Source: an uncultured Arenicella sp. (GTDB lineage: Bacteria; Pseudomonadota; Gammaproteobacteria; Arenicellales; Arenicellaceae). From it: 60,420 nucleotides of DNA. Below the pieces are notes generated by a model. It was not told the origin of the DNA. It saw only the letters and a program-made list of their open reading frames with translations, and made no database searches. Position 1 is the stretch's first letter. Every line of letters begins with the position of its first letter. This document shows, piece after piece, positions 10,290 through 18,982 of the stretch. The stretch is from the NCBI GenBank assembly GCA_937989675.1, contig CALKRK010000167.1, positions 1 to 60,420 of the forward strand, given 5' to 3'. Made by a program: the position numbers and the translations under genes.

Positions 10290-10320
10290 TATATAACAAT
10301 TGAGGGAAAAGAACCCGTAA
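10290..10320 (-). promoter_or_regulatory. Putative ECF-sigma promoter TTACGGGTT-N14-GTTATATA upstream of the TonB receptor
   Basis: Same 9-mer and 14 nt spacing as the motif upstream of the sigma gene. Confidence 0.65.
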
Positions 10321-10356
10321 ACTTTTTTAAAATTATTTTTGAACGCGTATTCGTAT

Positions 10357-11424
10357 CTAGTCAAAACTTTTGCCACCATGGATAACAACTCGATTGTTGT
10401 CGAGCCGCGCGACCTGTAAACCAAAGTTGGTCTCAAGAGAAGAAAACATGGTTTCAGTTTCGCCTACAGGGAAATTGCCACCAATGCGTATCGTTCTGAT
10501 TTCAGGGCTTGCAAATTCGATACTGACATCGGTGTATCGACTGATTTCCTCGACCACTTGCTCGAGCGGTTCGCCCGCGAAAATTAGTATGCCTTCGGTC
10601 CACGAAACACGCTTAGCAACATCGGTATCGGTGGCTTCTTCTAGCTTCTCTAATGTCTGCACGGACTTGGAGTTTTCGTCGAGTTGACTAACAATGCTGC
10701 CCACCTCGCCGGCACGCAACATACCCAAACTTCGGGCAGATCTACTCACCACCTTTGGCGATCTTATAGAACTCGATACAATAGGCACGGACGCAACACC
10801 AACGCGGCCTTCAGAGACCGCTACATCCACTTTATTATCTTTCAGGTAAACGCTAAATGCCGTGCCTATCGCGCGTATTCGACCGCTACCTGCATACACT
10901 CTAAACGGCCGGGTCTTGTCTTTTGCCACGCTGAAATACGCTTCACCAGACAGCAAATAAATATCTCTAAAGTCCTTGGAATAATCGATTCTAATCTTCG
11001 AATTGGTGTTCAGTTGTAGTACTGAACCATCAGCGAGATCAAGGGTCTTTTGATTTCCAACCTCTGTTGCCACCACTCTATTTTCCTGCACTGGCATTTG
11101 AGTATCGAACATAAATAAGCTCACCATGCCAACCACAAAAATCACCGACGCGGCGATCGCCATTCTAGCTCTTGCGAAGCTTGGGTTATCTCTACTTTTC
11201 ACTCCATGCAGAGGCACAGCTAGCTCAGTGAGTATATTGGCGCCACCCCACACTTTCACAAGGCGCTCAAAATGTTCGCGATGAACCGCACTTTTATCCA
11301 GCCAAGCGCGCAGCCGATCTTTTTCTAAGTTACTTAAACCTTCATCTGACTCAAGTTTTAATATCCAGCGCGCGGCTTCTTCGGCTACTTTTTGCCCATC
11401 AGAGAATTCGACAATATTCTTCAT
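10357..11424 (-). CDS. FecR-family anti-sigma / transmembrane sensor
   Basis: EEAARW...WL...H N-terminal domain, one TM helix, LADGSVLQLNTNS, GEAYFSVAKDKTRPFRV, AIGTAFSV, W..G.L.F...PL..V..E..RY. Confidence 0.93.
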   Translation of the reverse strand: MKNIVEFSDGQKVAEEAARWILKLESDEGLSNLEKDRLRAWLDKSAVHREHFERLVKVWGGANILTELAVPLHGVKSRDNPSFARARMAIAASVIFVVGMVSLFMFDTQMPVQENRVVATEVGNQKTLDLADGSVLQLNTNSKIRIDYSKDFRDIYLLSGEAYFSVAKDKTRPFRVYAGSGRIRAIGTAFSVYLKDNKVDVAVSEGRVGVASVPIVSSSIRSPKVVSRSARSLGMLRAGEVGSIVSQLDENSKSVQTLEKLEEATDTDVAKRVSWTEGILIFAGEPLEQVVEEISRYTDVSIEFASPEIRTIRIGGNFPVGETETMFSSLETNFGLQVARLDNNRVVIHGGKSFD

Positions 11425-12027
11425 TTATTTGCCCCCACCCTTTATGCTCGAAACTGTCTTTAGCTTTTTGCGATGGCTATGATATTCACCGTTCGACTTG
11501 AGAATGTACTGGTCACAAGCGATCATCGCTCGGTGCAAATACTTCTCCACTGAGCTGAGCGACATTGACATATGCCGTGCTATTTCCGTATGCGTCATAC
11601 CGTGCACTTTTTTTAGTAGAAACGCTTCTCTGCATTTCCCGTTAAGAGTTTCAACCGCCGCGCAGTAAAGCACCAATTGTTGCTGCGCATCAAGAATTTC
11701 ATCCGGAGTCGGATCATCGTGCAAATCACCACGCTGTGAGTAGTCTTCAAGAAAATCCGTCACTTGCTTGGATTTCTTCGTAAGCTTTGTCAACGCAATG
11801 TTTTTTGCAGTGGTGAACAAAAAGGACTTGGGCTTAACAATCTCAGCTTTCTGCCCAGCCACGTAAGCACGCAGATACGTTTCCTGAACCACATCCTCCA
11901 CGTCTTCTTTGCTTGAAAAGAAGCGGCTGATGAATTTTTTCAGGAATGACTGATTCTGCAAAAACGAGTCAGAAATGCTTATATCCTGCTGTTTTTCAGG
12001 CGTTTTTTTGTCCAAATATTTATTCAC
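11425..12027 (-). CDS. ECF (FecI-like) RNA polymerase sigma factor
   Basis: EDVVQETYLRAY region 2, SFLFTTAKNIA, region 4 REAFLLKKVHGMTHTEIA...SSVEKYL; abuts fecR. Confidence 0.92.
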   Translation of the reverse strand: MNKYLDKKTPEKQQDISISDSFLQNQSFLKKFISRFFSSKEDVEDVVQETYLRAYVAGQKAEIVKPKSFLFTTAKNIALTKLTKKSKQVTDFLEDYSQRGDLHDDPTPDEILDAQQQLVLYCAAVETLNGKCREAFLLKKVHGMTHTEIARHMSMSLSSVEKYLHRAMIACDQYILKSNGEYHSHRKKLKTVSSIKGGGK

Positions 12028-12030
12028 ACG

Positions 12031-12061
12031 TATTAGACTAATTAGAATAGAAAACCCGTAA
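12031..12061 (-). promoter_or_regulatory. Putative autoregulated ECF promoter TTACGGGTT-N14-GTCTAATA
   Basis: Matches the motif at 10290-10320; both copies are preceded by A-tracts. Confidence 0.65.
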
Positions 12062-12146
12062 GATATTTTTATTTTTTATTAAGTGATCATTTAACTGGTT
12101 TGACTCACGAAAAACCAGCTAGACCTAATGTGATTACTGAGCTAAT

Positions 12147-12791
12147 TTACGCCAACTTTCTCAATTTGGCGGCCACTTCCTTCTTAGTTATCTCAATATG
12201 CTGTTGCAAAAGCGCCAACGCCGTTGGCACATCCTGCTTCTCGCACGTTTCGACAATTTTATAGTGTTCGCTCTCAGGCCTTGTTAAACCACTAACCTCA
12301 GTCACAATCAGTCTGGTGTGAGGACCCATACGCTGCCGCAGATCTGAAATCATCTGCAATAGCTGAGGATTCCCACAAGGCTCGTACAATACTTGATGGA
12401 ATTGAATATTCAGTTCACTCCAGTCTTCTATTTGTGTTTTCTTTGCGTACTTTTGAAGAATGTTGCGGGCATTTAAAAAATCATCGGCAACCATATTAGG
12501 AATCGCTAACTCTAACGCTTTGCATTCTAACGCTATTCTAATATCCATTAGCTGCAATATTTCTTGCGTCGTTAACTCTCGAACCTTAGCGCCTTTATTC
12601 TTCTGAAACAGTACAAACCCGTCGACCTCAAGTCGGGCGAGGGCTTCACGAACGGGTATCTTACTAACCCCGTACGCTTTGGCGATATCGTCCTGCTTCA
12701 ACTTTTGACCAGGCGACAATTCTCCGGACATAATCTCTTCTTTCATCATGTCGTAGACCGATGCCACCAAGGGTTTTAATGTTGCTGTCAT
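12147..12791 (-). CDS. GntR-family (FCD domain) transcriptional regulator
   Basis: IMSGELSPGQKL...YGVSKIPVREALARL HTH; N..FH and EH motifs of the FCD domain. Confidence 0.93.
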   Translation of the reverse strand: MTATLKPLVASVYDMMKEEIMSGELSPGQKLKQDDIAKAYGVSKIPVREALARLEVDGFVLFQKNKGAKVRELTTQEILQLMDIRIALECKALELAIPNMVADDFLNARNILQKYAKKTQIEDWSELNIQFHQVLYEPCGNPQLLQMISDLRQRMGPHTRLIVTEVSGLTRPESEHYKIVETCEKQDVPTALALLQQHIEITKKEVAAKLRKLA

Positions 12792-12900
12792 ACAGATTTC
12801 ATGTTTTGTCTAAATTGAGTATCGGCAAGCCGCTCGGTTTGCTTGAAGCGCGAACACAAGATGCCTGAGACACGGCCAACCAGCCATAAACTGGGGCTGC

Positions 12901-14283
12901 TCATAGAAGGCCAATATTCGTAGCTGACATTTCAGCCAATAGCGCTGGGTCATTGTAACGTTTCAGCGTCAGAGCTTCAGCGTAGTCTGGTAATTCACCT
13001 TCGCATACCCAGCTTGCGCAAAGAGATCCTGCCGCACAAGCTCCCATACTCCCAAACCCCGATAACGCACCGGCGATAAATGCTCCGTTGTTGTCAAGCG
13101 GGCCAATGAGGGGCCAGTTTTCTTGAGTCATTGTGTAGTAGCCACCATAGTGAACACGCCCTTTTGGGATCCCTTCGATATAAGGTTTGAGCTTTGGATT
13201 CAAGCGCGCGGCCCCACGGATTACCAGTTCTGGAAAGTTAGCGTCGTACGCTGGGTCATCAATTAGAGGCTGATTATTGTCCGGCTGACTAATTTTGCGG
13301 TTATACGCCCAACCGAGCTTTATCCAACGCCCAGCTCCTTCAGGCCGGCAGTGGATACCACCAGCAATAGGCTTAGTAAGCCAGCTCAAATCTGAGTCTT
13401 CTTCAAGAGCGATGCGCTCGTCTTCCCGCCAGTCTAACGTGATTTCATCGAGATCAATCGCGAACGGCTGGTTTCTTGGCACCGCTTGCAGCCGGTCTTC
13501 AAAGGCTACCTTTTGATGGAACACATTTTCTACCGGCAGTGTTACGCCCAACATTTCAGCGATACTACCCACATACGGACCTGCCGCATTAATGATCGTA
13601 TCTGCTTTGAATGAAAGGATGCCTTCTTGGGTGCTTAGTTCAAGAGTGTATCGATCATCACCCCTAACGATGCTTTCAACATGGCCTCGCAAGCGATTAC
13701 AACCCAACGGTTTAACTTGCTCCAACATGTATGCACCCATTTGCTGACCTGAAATGGTACCAGCCCTGCGGACATGCAAGACATGTTCGACATTTGAGTC
13801 AAATGCCGGAAATGTTCGTTGAATTAGCTCTTTATTAGATAGAACATCGACACCGTCAATTGCGCTAAGCCAATTTTCATTGTACGGCTCAGCGTAGGCG
13901 CTACTGGCACTGGCGGTGTGAATTCTAAGCAAACCATCCGAGCTGCCATAGTTGGATTCGAGCGTTGCAAGTAAATCATCGATATCTGGTCTGCGCGTCG
14001 CAAGTGCATAACCGCGTTGCTTCATTTGCAATACATTGTGTGACTCACGCGCAATATCTTGCATTAAACTAATACTATGGTTGGTAAAGCTCGTCATTAA
14101 CGGCGATGGCCACCAGTTACGATAATTATCGCCGGACTGCGCACTCGTATAACTCATTGGGTCACGCGAATCGATCAGTAAAACCGATTTACGCTGGTAC
14201 TTCCTGCATAGATAGTAAGCCGTGGCGATACCGACAATACCTGCGCCAACAATCGCTATCTCGACGTCATTAATATTCTTCAT
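12901..14283 (-). CDS. FAD-dependent oxidoreductase, DAO/sarcosine-oxidase-like family
   Basis: IAIVGAGIVG, INAAG, GGYYTMT...PLIGP, GALSGFG; ATG at 14283. Confidence 0.85.
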   Translation of the reverse strand: MKNINDVEIAIVGAGIVGIATAYYLCRKYQRKSVLLIDSRDPMSYTSAQSGDNYRNWWPSPLMTSFTNHSISLMQDIARESHNVLQMKQRGYALATRRPDIDDLLATLESNYGSSDGLLRIHTASASSAYAEPYNENWLSAIDGVDVLSNKELIQRTFPAFDSNVEHVLHVRRAGTISGQQMGAYMLEQVKPLGCNRLRGHVESIVRGDDRYTLELSTQEGILSFKADTIINAAGPYVGSIAEMLGVTLPVENVFHQKVAFEDRLQAVPRNQPFAIDLDEITLDWREDERIALEEDSDLSWLTKPIAGGIHCRPEGAGRWIKLGWAYNRKISQPDNNQPLIDDPAYDANFPELVIRGAARLNPKLKPYIEGIPKGRVHYGGYYTMTQENWPLIGPLDNNGAFIAGALSGFGSMGACAAGSLCASWVCEGELPDYAEALTLKRYNDPALLAEMSATNIGLL

Positions 14284-14345
14284 ATTATGGGCCGCGCCCA
14301 AGCTTTGTAATGCTAAAGACAGAGAATGGTATATTATATTTACTT

Positions 14346-14359
14346 AATCGTATACGATT
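14346..14359. promoter_or_regulatory. Perfect palindrome AATCGTATACGATT; candidate GntR operator
   Basis: 14 bp perfect dyad with a GT-AT-AC core, about 60 bp upstream of the DAO-GntR unit. Confidence 0.6.
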
Positions 14360-14441
14360 TATAGCCGTCATGGCATAGCATATTTCAATCCAATCCTTGG
14401 TGACGCTACTGATAACATACCCACACTATCGCCTTAAACGA

Positions 14442-14472
14442 CAAAGGCCAGCTAATTACTGGCTGGCCTTTG
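14442..14472 (-). terminator. Hairpin / probable terminator downstream of the cupin gene
   Basis: CAAAGGCCAGC-N9-GCTGGCCTTTG, 11 bp stem. Confidence 0.65.
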
Positions 14473-14504
14473 GATTAAAATCAGAGCGACTACTGCGCTT
14501 AGGA

Positions 14505-15410
14505 TTATTGGTAGTTGGGGTCTTCCCACTCGCCAACCGATCTGGAGCGTACAGGCTGAAGTAGCTTTGGCTCTTCAGTATCTGGGTAACCTTCACCCCA
14601 ATTCTGCGGGTCTCCAAACATCTCTACACGTGCGTTATCGGTGTACCAATCAACCAAATCACCGTCACAACGAAGTAAAAACGTAGTGCCTTCTTCATCG
14701 TCAGCTTTAAAGTCACCATGACGAATGTGCGCAGGGCGGAAAAAATACGTACCGGCATCTAGGCTTCCGTAATTGTAGTGAAATTTTCCACTCAGAGTAT
14801 ATGACTCCTCAAACACGGGGTGGTGCGCTAGCGGGTGCTCTCTCCAGCCGGGCTTAGCCTTGATCAAACGCGTATAGAAACCAGTGATAGGGTCACGATA
14901 CATTAGTTTAATATACAGCCCAGGCACTGGTGTGCCACCTCGCTCAAAATTCATTGGGCTGCCATGCTCTGGGTCTGTTACCTCATACCAATCCATTTCG
15001 TTAGTATGAACAACCGTAAGCTTGTATTCTTCGGGGGTGCCAGGTGCATCGGCGTTGGCTGGCTCAAACTTCCAATCACCGTATTCGCGGAACAACAGCA
15101 CCTCTGTGCCCGCCGCCACTTTAAGTGCCGGCGTAAGAATGCCTTTAGGCGCGCAAAAGTAGCTGCCCTCGGTCAAAATGTCTTCGTCACCCAAACGCAC
15201 TTCACCTTTAAGGACATACCACTCAGTTGCCGCGGCATGCAGGCCCGCTACACGGCTCCAATCTGTTTTAAAAATAACGCGAGTTGACGCCGAACCGTCT
15301 TCCTCGTCATAACTTAAGTTTTGTTGCTCCGCCTGGCCTTGACCATGCGGCAATTCAGCCATGTGCCAAATTAGGTCGTCTTGATGAATGAATTCTATAT
15401 GTGGTCTCAC
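14505..15410 (-). CDS. Tandem-cupin protein (DUF4437/ChrR-cupin-like)
   Basis: Two repeats with (E)WYVLKG...GSYFCAP and HHPVFEESYTLSG...GTYFFRPAHIRHG. Confidence 0.7.
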   Translation of the reverse strand: MRPHIEFIHQDDLIWHMAELPHGQGQAEQQNLSYDEEDGSASTRVIFKTDWSRVAGLHAAATEWYVLKGEVRLGDEDILTEGSYFCAPKGILTPALKVAAGTEVLLFREYGDWKFEPANADAPGTPEEYKLTVVHTNEMDWYEVTDPEHGSPMNFERGGTPVPGLYIKLMYRDPITGFYTRLIKAKPGWREHPLAHHPVFEESYTLSGKFHYNYGSLDAGTYFFRPAHIRHGDFKADDEEGTTFLLRCDGDLVDWYTDNARVEMFGDPQNWGEGYPDTEEPKLLQPVRSRSVGEWEDPNYQ

Positions 15411-15510
15411 TATTAATCTCCAAATAACTACTTATGGACGAAAGATAGCAAAATCTCATCATAGACAATAATAGATATTATTATATATATAAATAGATAA
15501 TAGTTTATGT

Positions 15511-16257
15511 TTAAAACTCTTCTAACAAGCGGCCAAAGCCCTCAACTTTGTCATTAATGCCACAGGTACGAAGCGCATGCCAATAGGTTGCGGTGTTAAT
15601 TGCAATCACCGGCTTGCCAAGTTCGCGCTCCATTTGCGCAGCAAGCTTTACCGCCGACAAATTTGTACCAACTTGGACGATTGCGTCGACTTCATCGCTA
15701 TCGATGTCGAGAAATACATTTCTAGTAGTTTCGTTTGTTACTTCGGCAATCGCTCTCCAGCTCGGGCATTGCAGGCATTTATCGGCCACAGTCTCAAACC
15801 CATAATCACTGAGAAAGTTAGCTACCTCCTCATTCGCAACTGGGTAATATGGCGACATAAACGCGACCTTCTTTACACCACCATAAGTTTTGAGAGCAGC
15901 CGCGATGGATTCTGAACCAACGGAAATTTTGAGACCGGATAAATCTTCCACCGGCTTTTTCCATTCAGCACAACCCTCAGCGCCACCATAAAAGGTAACC
16001 GCCGACATACCCATCACCAAATAGTCAGGGGCACACGGCATTACATGCCGCACCGCGTCCAAGGTATTCTCTGAAATAACTTGAGTACCCCTCATAAACG
16101 ATTCATTAGAAATCGCATTGGCATTCTCAACGAAAATACGGCTGTAGTGGTTAGTAACACCTTGTGGGCGCATATCATCAAATTCAGGTTGCACAATCGT
16201 GTTGGTTGCCGGGCCTAACACGCCGAATTTCGCTCGATAGCCAAGTACATCAGTCAT
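15511..16257 (-). CDS. Asp/Glu racemase superfamily protein (maleate isomerase / arylmalonate decarboxylase-like)
   Basis: GVLGPATNTIVQPE, SPY, QVGTNL, ELGKPVIAINTATYWHALR; start ATG at 16257 (MTDVLGYRAKFG). Confidence 0.82.
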   Translation of the reverse strand: MTDVLGYRAKFGVLGPATNTIVQPEFDDMRPQGVTNHYSRIFVENANAISNESFMRGTQVISENTLDAVRHVMPCAPDYLVMGMSAVTFYGGAEGCAEWKKPVEDLSGLKISVGSESIAAALKTYGGVKKVAFMSPYYPVANEEVANFLSDYGFETVADKCLQCPSWRAIAEVTNETTRNVFLDIDSDEVDAIVQVGTNLSAVKLAAQMERELGKPVIAINTATYWHALRTCGINDKVEGFGRLLEEF

Positions 16258-16431
16258 AGTAGTTTCAAAATTAAGGTTTAATTCGCAGCGATAGTCGCCA
16301 CACTCAACACATATATGATATATAAACATATCATTATATCAATTAAATATTTTTTGAAGCACTTTTTTCTTAGACCATAGTAATTAAGCATTTAGCGTGA
16401 ATTCATATGATAGCGGACGGATTTTTTAGCA

Positions 16432-17349
16432 ATGAACCATGAAATTAAAAGAAGAATAAGCTGGAGAGCCGAATTCGGAATCGTCTTGATTCTCGTGGCT
16501 CACCTGCTGCTTTCTTCCTGCCAAACTGCTGGCAGGAGCTCGAAGTCTGAGCACAAGGACAGCTTGCTAGAGCTGCAAACAGAATCCAATCGAACTATTA
16601 CTTTACGTGAAATTAGCGCCTCCAATTGCCGCGATTGCCCTTTAGTTATTTTCTCGCATGGCGCCAACGCCACCTACGACCGCTATGACGCCTTTCTTAT
16701 TCCGCTAGCTAAACACGGTTTTCGCATAGCGATTCCCAACCATGTAGATTCAGAGGCTCACCCGCGGCGCGAAGATTACGGCCCAGCGGATTGGATGACA
16801 CTCCGCCTAGAGGATTACCGTGTTATTGCAGAGCACTACGACGCCCAGCAACTGTTTGCCGCAGGCCATTCCTTTGGCGCCTTAATCGCGCAAATCGCGG
16901 CTGGCGCGAAGCTACTAGACAAAAAGGCAGAGCATATCATTGATGCGGACCTTAGGCCGTTGGCTGCTCTCGCTTTATCGCCCCCCGGCGCCATACCAGA
17001 AATATTAGATGCGAGTTCATGGTCCAGCATCAGCGTTCCAACTTTAGTGACCACCGGCACCAAAGATATTGTGCCTAAAATGGTGGAACACTGGGAGCTC
17101 CATTTAGAAAGCTACGAAGCAACACCTCACGATCTATCGTATGCGCTGATTTATAAAGACATGAATCATTACATGAACGGCGCTTACGGTCGCGAAACGT
17201 TGGACAACAACCCAGCTAGAGATGCCGCAATGCAGAACTTGATTGATTCAAGCGCGCATTTTTTATTGGCGGTTAAAAACGGCCAACCGATTTCTGACCA
17301 ACAATGGCTAAAACGCTCAAATGGCATTGTTAAAGCAATAAAAAAATAG
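16432..17349 (+). CDS. Alpha/beta-hydrolase, predicted lipoprotein
   Basis: Hydrophobic leader with lipobox LLSSC; PLVIFSHG; nucleophile elbow GHSFG; GTKD; late His (MNH). Confidence 0.75.
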   Translation: MNHEIKRRISWRAEFGIVLILVAHLLLSSCQTAGRSSKSEHKDSLLELQTESNRTITLREISASNCRDCPLVIFSHGANATYDRYDAFLIPLAKHGFRIAIPNHVDSEAHPRREDYGPADWMTLRLEDYRVIAEHYDAQQLFAAGHSFGALIAQIAAGAKLLDKKAEHIIDADLRPLAALALSPPGAIPEILDASSWSSISVPTLVTTGTKDIVPKMVEHWELHLESYEATPHDLSYALIYKDMNHYMNGAYGRETLDNNPARDAAMQNLIDSSAHFLLAVKNGQPISDQQWLKRSNGIVKAIKK

Positions 17350-17531
17350 CGTTCTTCACGCAATTTTTATTTGCGTCATTGCCAAAATACGAAGCGATAA
17401 ACTGAGCGTATACCTCGATAATTATCTTTGACTTTTAAATGCTGAGGATTAAGTCCAACATAAGCTAATAAGAGTCGTAAACACTAATAATGTAAGGTTG
17501 TGTGCAAAACCTTTGCGGAGATTAATGCCCA

Positions 17532-17843
17532 ATGAGTGAAAATTCAGACGATACTAAAATATTTGGCGAGGAGATTTACGGGCCTGGAAAAACCTTCTTT
17601 GAAGATGTGGTTATGGATAACCTGATGGATGCTTTTTTAGAACTAACCGCAACAGTATGGACGTATCGCGATCGCAGCATTGTGTTGGAAAAAGTATTGC
17701 AAGAGGTTGTCGGTGACCAGCACAACATTACCGAATTAATTGAACAATACAGGCCTACGCCTGAAGACAATGCGGCACGCGCTGCCGAGCGCGAAGAAAT
17801 GATTAATCGAATATTTGAGTCATTTTCGCGTCGTCCTAAATAG
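17532..17843 (+). CDS. Small helical hypothetical protein (methyltransferase-associated; paralog of 42436..42711)
   Basis: GGAG RBS upstream; aligns by eye with the 91 aa ORF at 42436. Confidence 0.8.
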   Translation: MSENSDDTKIFGEEIYGPGKTFFEDVVMDNLMDAFLELTATVWTYRDRSIVLEKVLQEVVGDQHNITELIEQYRPTPEDNAARAAEREEMINRIFESFSRRPK

Positions 17844-17890
17844 AGTCTGCCCCACAATCAGACTATCAAGATAAACGCAGGAGAATTACT

Positions 17891-18958
17891 ATGAAAAGAG
17901 GCAATATTGGAGTTTTACCGCGCACCAACAGCCTAGCCGACGAAAGTTACTTAGAGTTCGTAGAAACGTTCCGAGTAATGAACTTCGTAAAGATGTACCC
18001 CGCGTTTGCAGGTGCTAGTGATTCAGAAGTACTTGAGAGAAAGGGCAAGAGTGATGACTCTCTAAGCTTAAAAGAAATCAAAGAAGTCATTGGCCCTTTG
18101 CCTATCTCTAAAACTTGGCAGCGATTTATGCGCACTCATCAGGAAATGATGTGGCGACGTGTGCGCTCCTCATTTGTTGTTACGGAGAAAGAACATCTTG
18201 AAGAATTAAAAGCGGCCGAAACCAAAGGCCCTGGCAAGCTAATAATCGACCCCAATTTCGTAACTCCTGAGCAAGCTAAACGAGAAATCCACTTGCAACC
18301 TGGCGGCTATGCCGATGATGAAATCGGCGGTATTGTATTTCACTACGGCACCAAGACTTTCTACCAAGGTTATAACGACCAAAACGAACACCATATTGAG
18401 TTTGTGGAATTGGCCGAGCCGCCACAAGACGGCAAAGTCGAACGTATACTTGACGTCGCATGCTCGATCGGCCAATGCACCACTAATTTCAAAAAACGTT
18501 TTCCAGACGCTGAAGTATGGGGCTTGGATGTAGCTCTGCCGTTGCTTCGCTATGCGCATAAATGCGCTGTCGACGAAGGAATCGACGTCAACTATATTCA
18601 AGCACTCGGCGAAGATACCAAGTTTGAAGACAACCATTTCGATATGGTCTTCGCCTATATCATGTTTCATGAAGTGCCGGTCTCGGTAATGCGAAAAACG
18701 ATAGTAGAGATGTTTCGAATACTTCGTCCAGGCGGCACTTTCACTATTTTTGAGTTTCCTAACTCATCTCAAGGCTTGCCGCCATCACAGCGATTTCTAA
18801 TCGATTATGACTCACGTAATAACTGCGAGCCTTATTCACCAGGTTTTGTGAAAAGCGACTTCTTGCAAATAATCAAGGATGCAGGTTTTGATACCAAACC
18901 TGGCAAAGATTCTTCCAATCCTTTCTTACAATCGATTGTGGCAACCAAGCCGGCTTAA
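17891..18958 (+). CDS. Class I SAM-dependent methyltransferase-fold protein with a long N-terminal extension
   Basis: ILDVACSIG, VWGLDV, FDMV, LRPGG motifs; AGGAG RBS. Confidence 0.85.
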   Translation: MKRGNIGVLPRTNSLADESYLEFVETFRVMNFVKMYPAFAGASDSEVLERKGKSDDSLSLKEIKEVIGPLPISKTWQRFMRTHQEMMWRRVRSSFVVTEKEHLEELKAAETKGPGKLIIDPNFVTPEQAKREIHLQPGGYADDEIGGIVFHYGTKTFYQGYNDQNEHHIEFVELAEPPQDGKVERILDVACSIGQCTTNFKKRFPDAEVWGLDVALPLLRYAHKCAVDEGIDVNYIQALGEDTKFEDNHFDMVFAYIMFHEVPVSVMRKTIVEMFRILRPGGTFTIFEFPNSSQGLPPSQRFLIDYDSRNNCEPYSPGFVKSDFLQIIKDAGFDTKPGKDSSNPFLQSIVATKPA

Positions 18959-18982
18959 TTTGTCAGCGTAAGATTATTGATT

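Noticed and set aside
10267-10299. TTG start at 10299 for the TonB receptor
   Set aside because: It overlaps the predicted -10 element; ATG at 10266 or a later start is more plausible.
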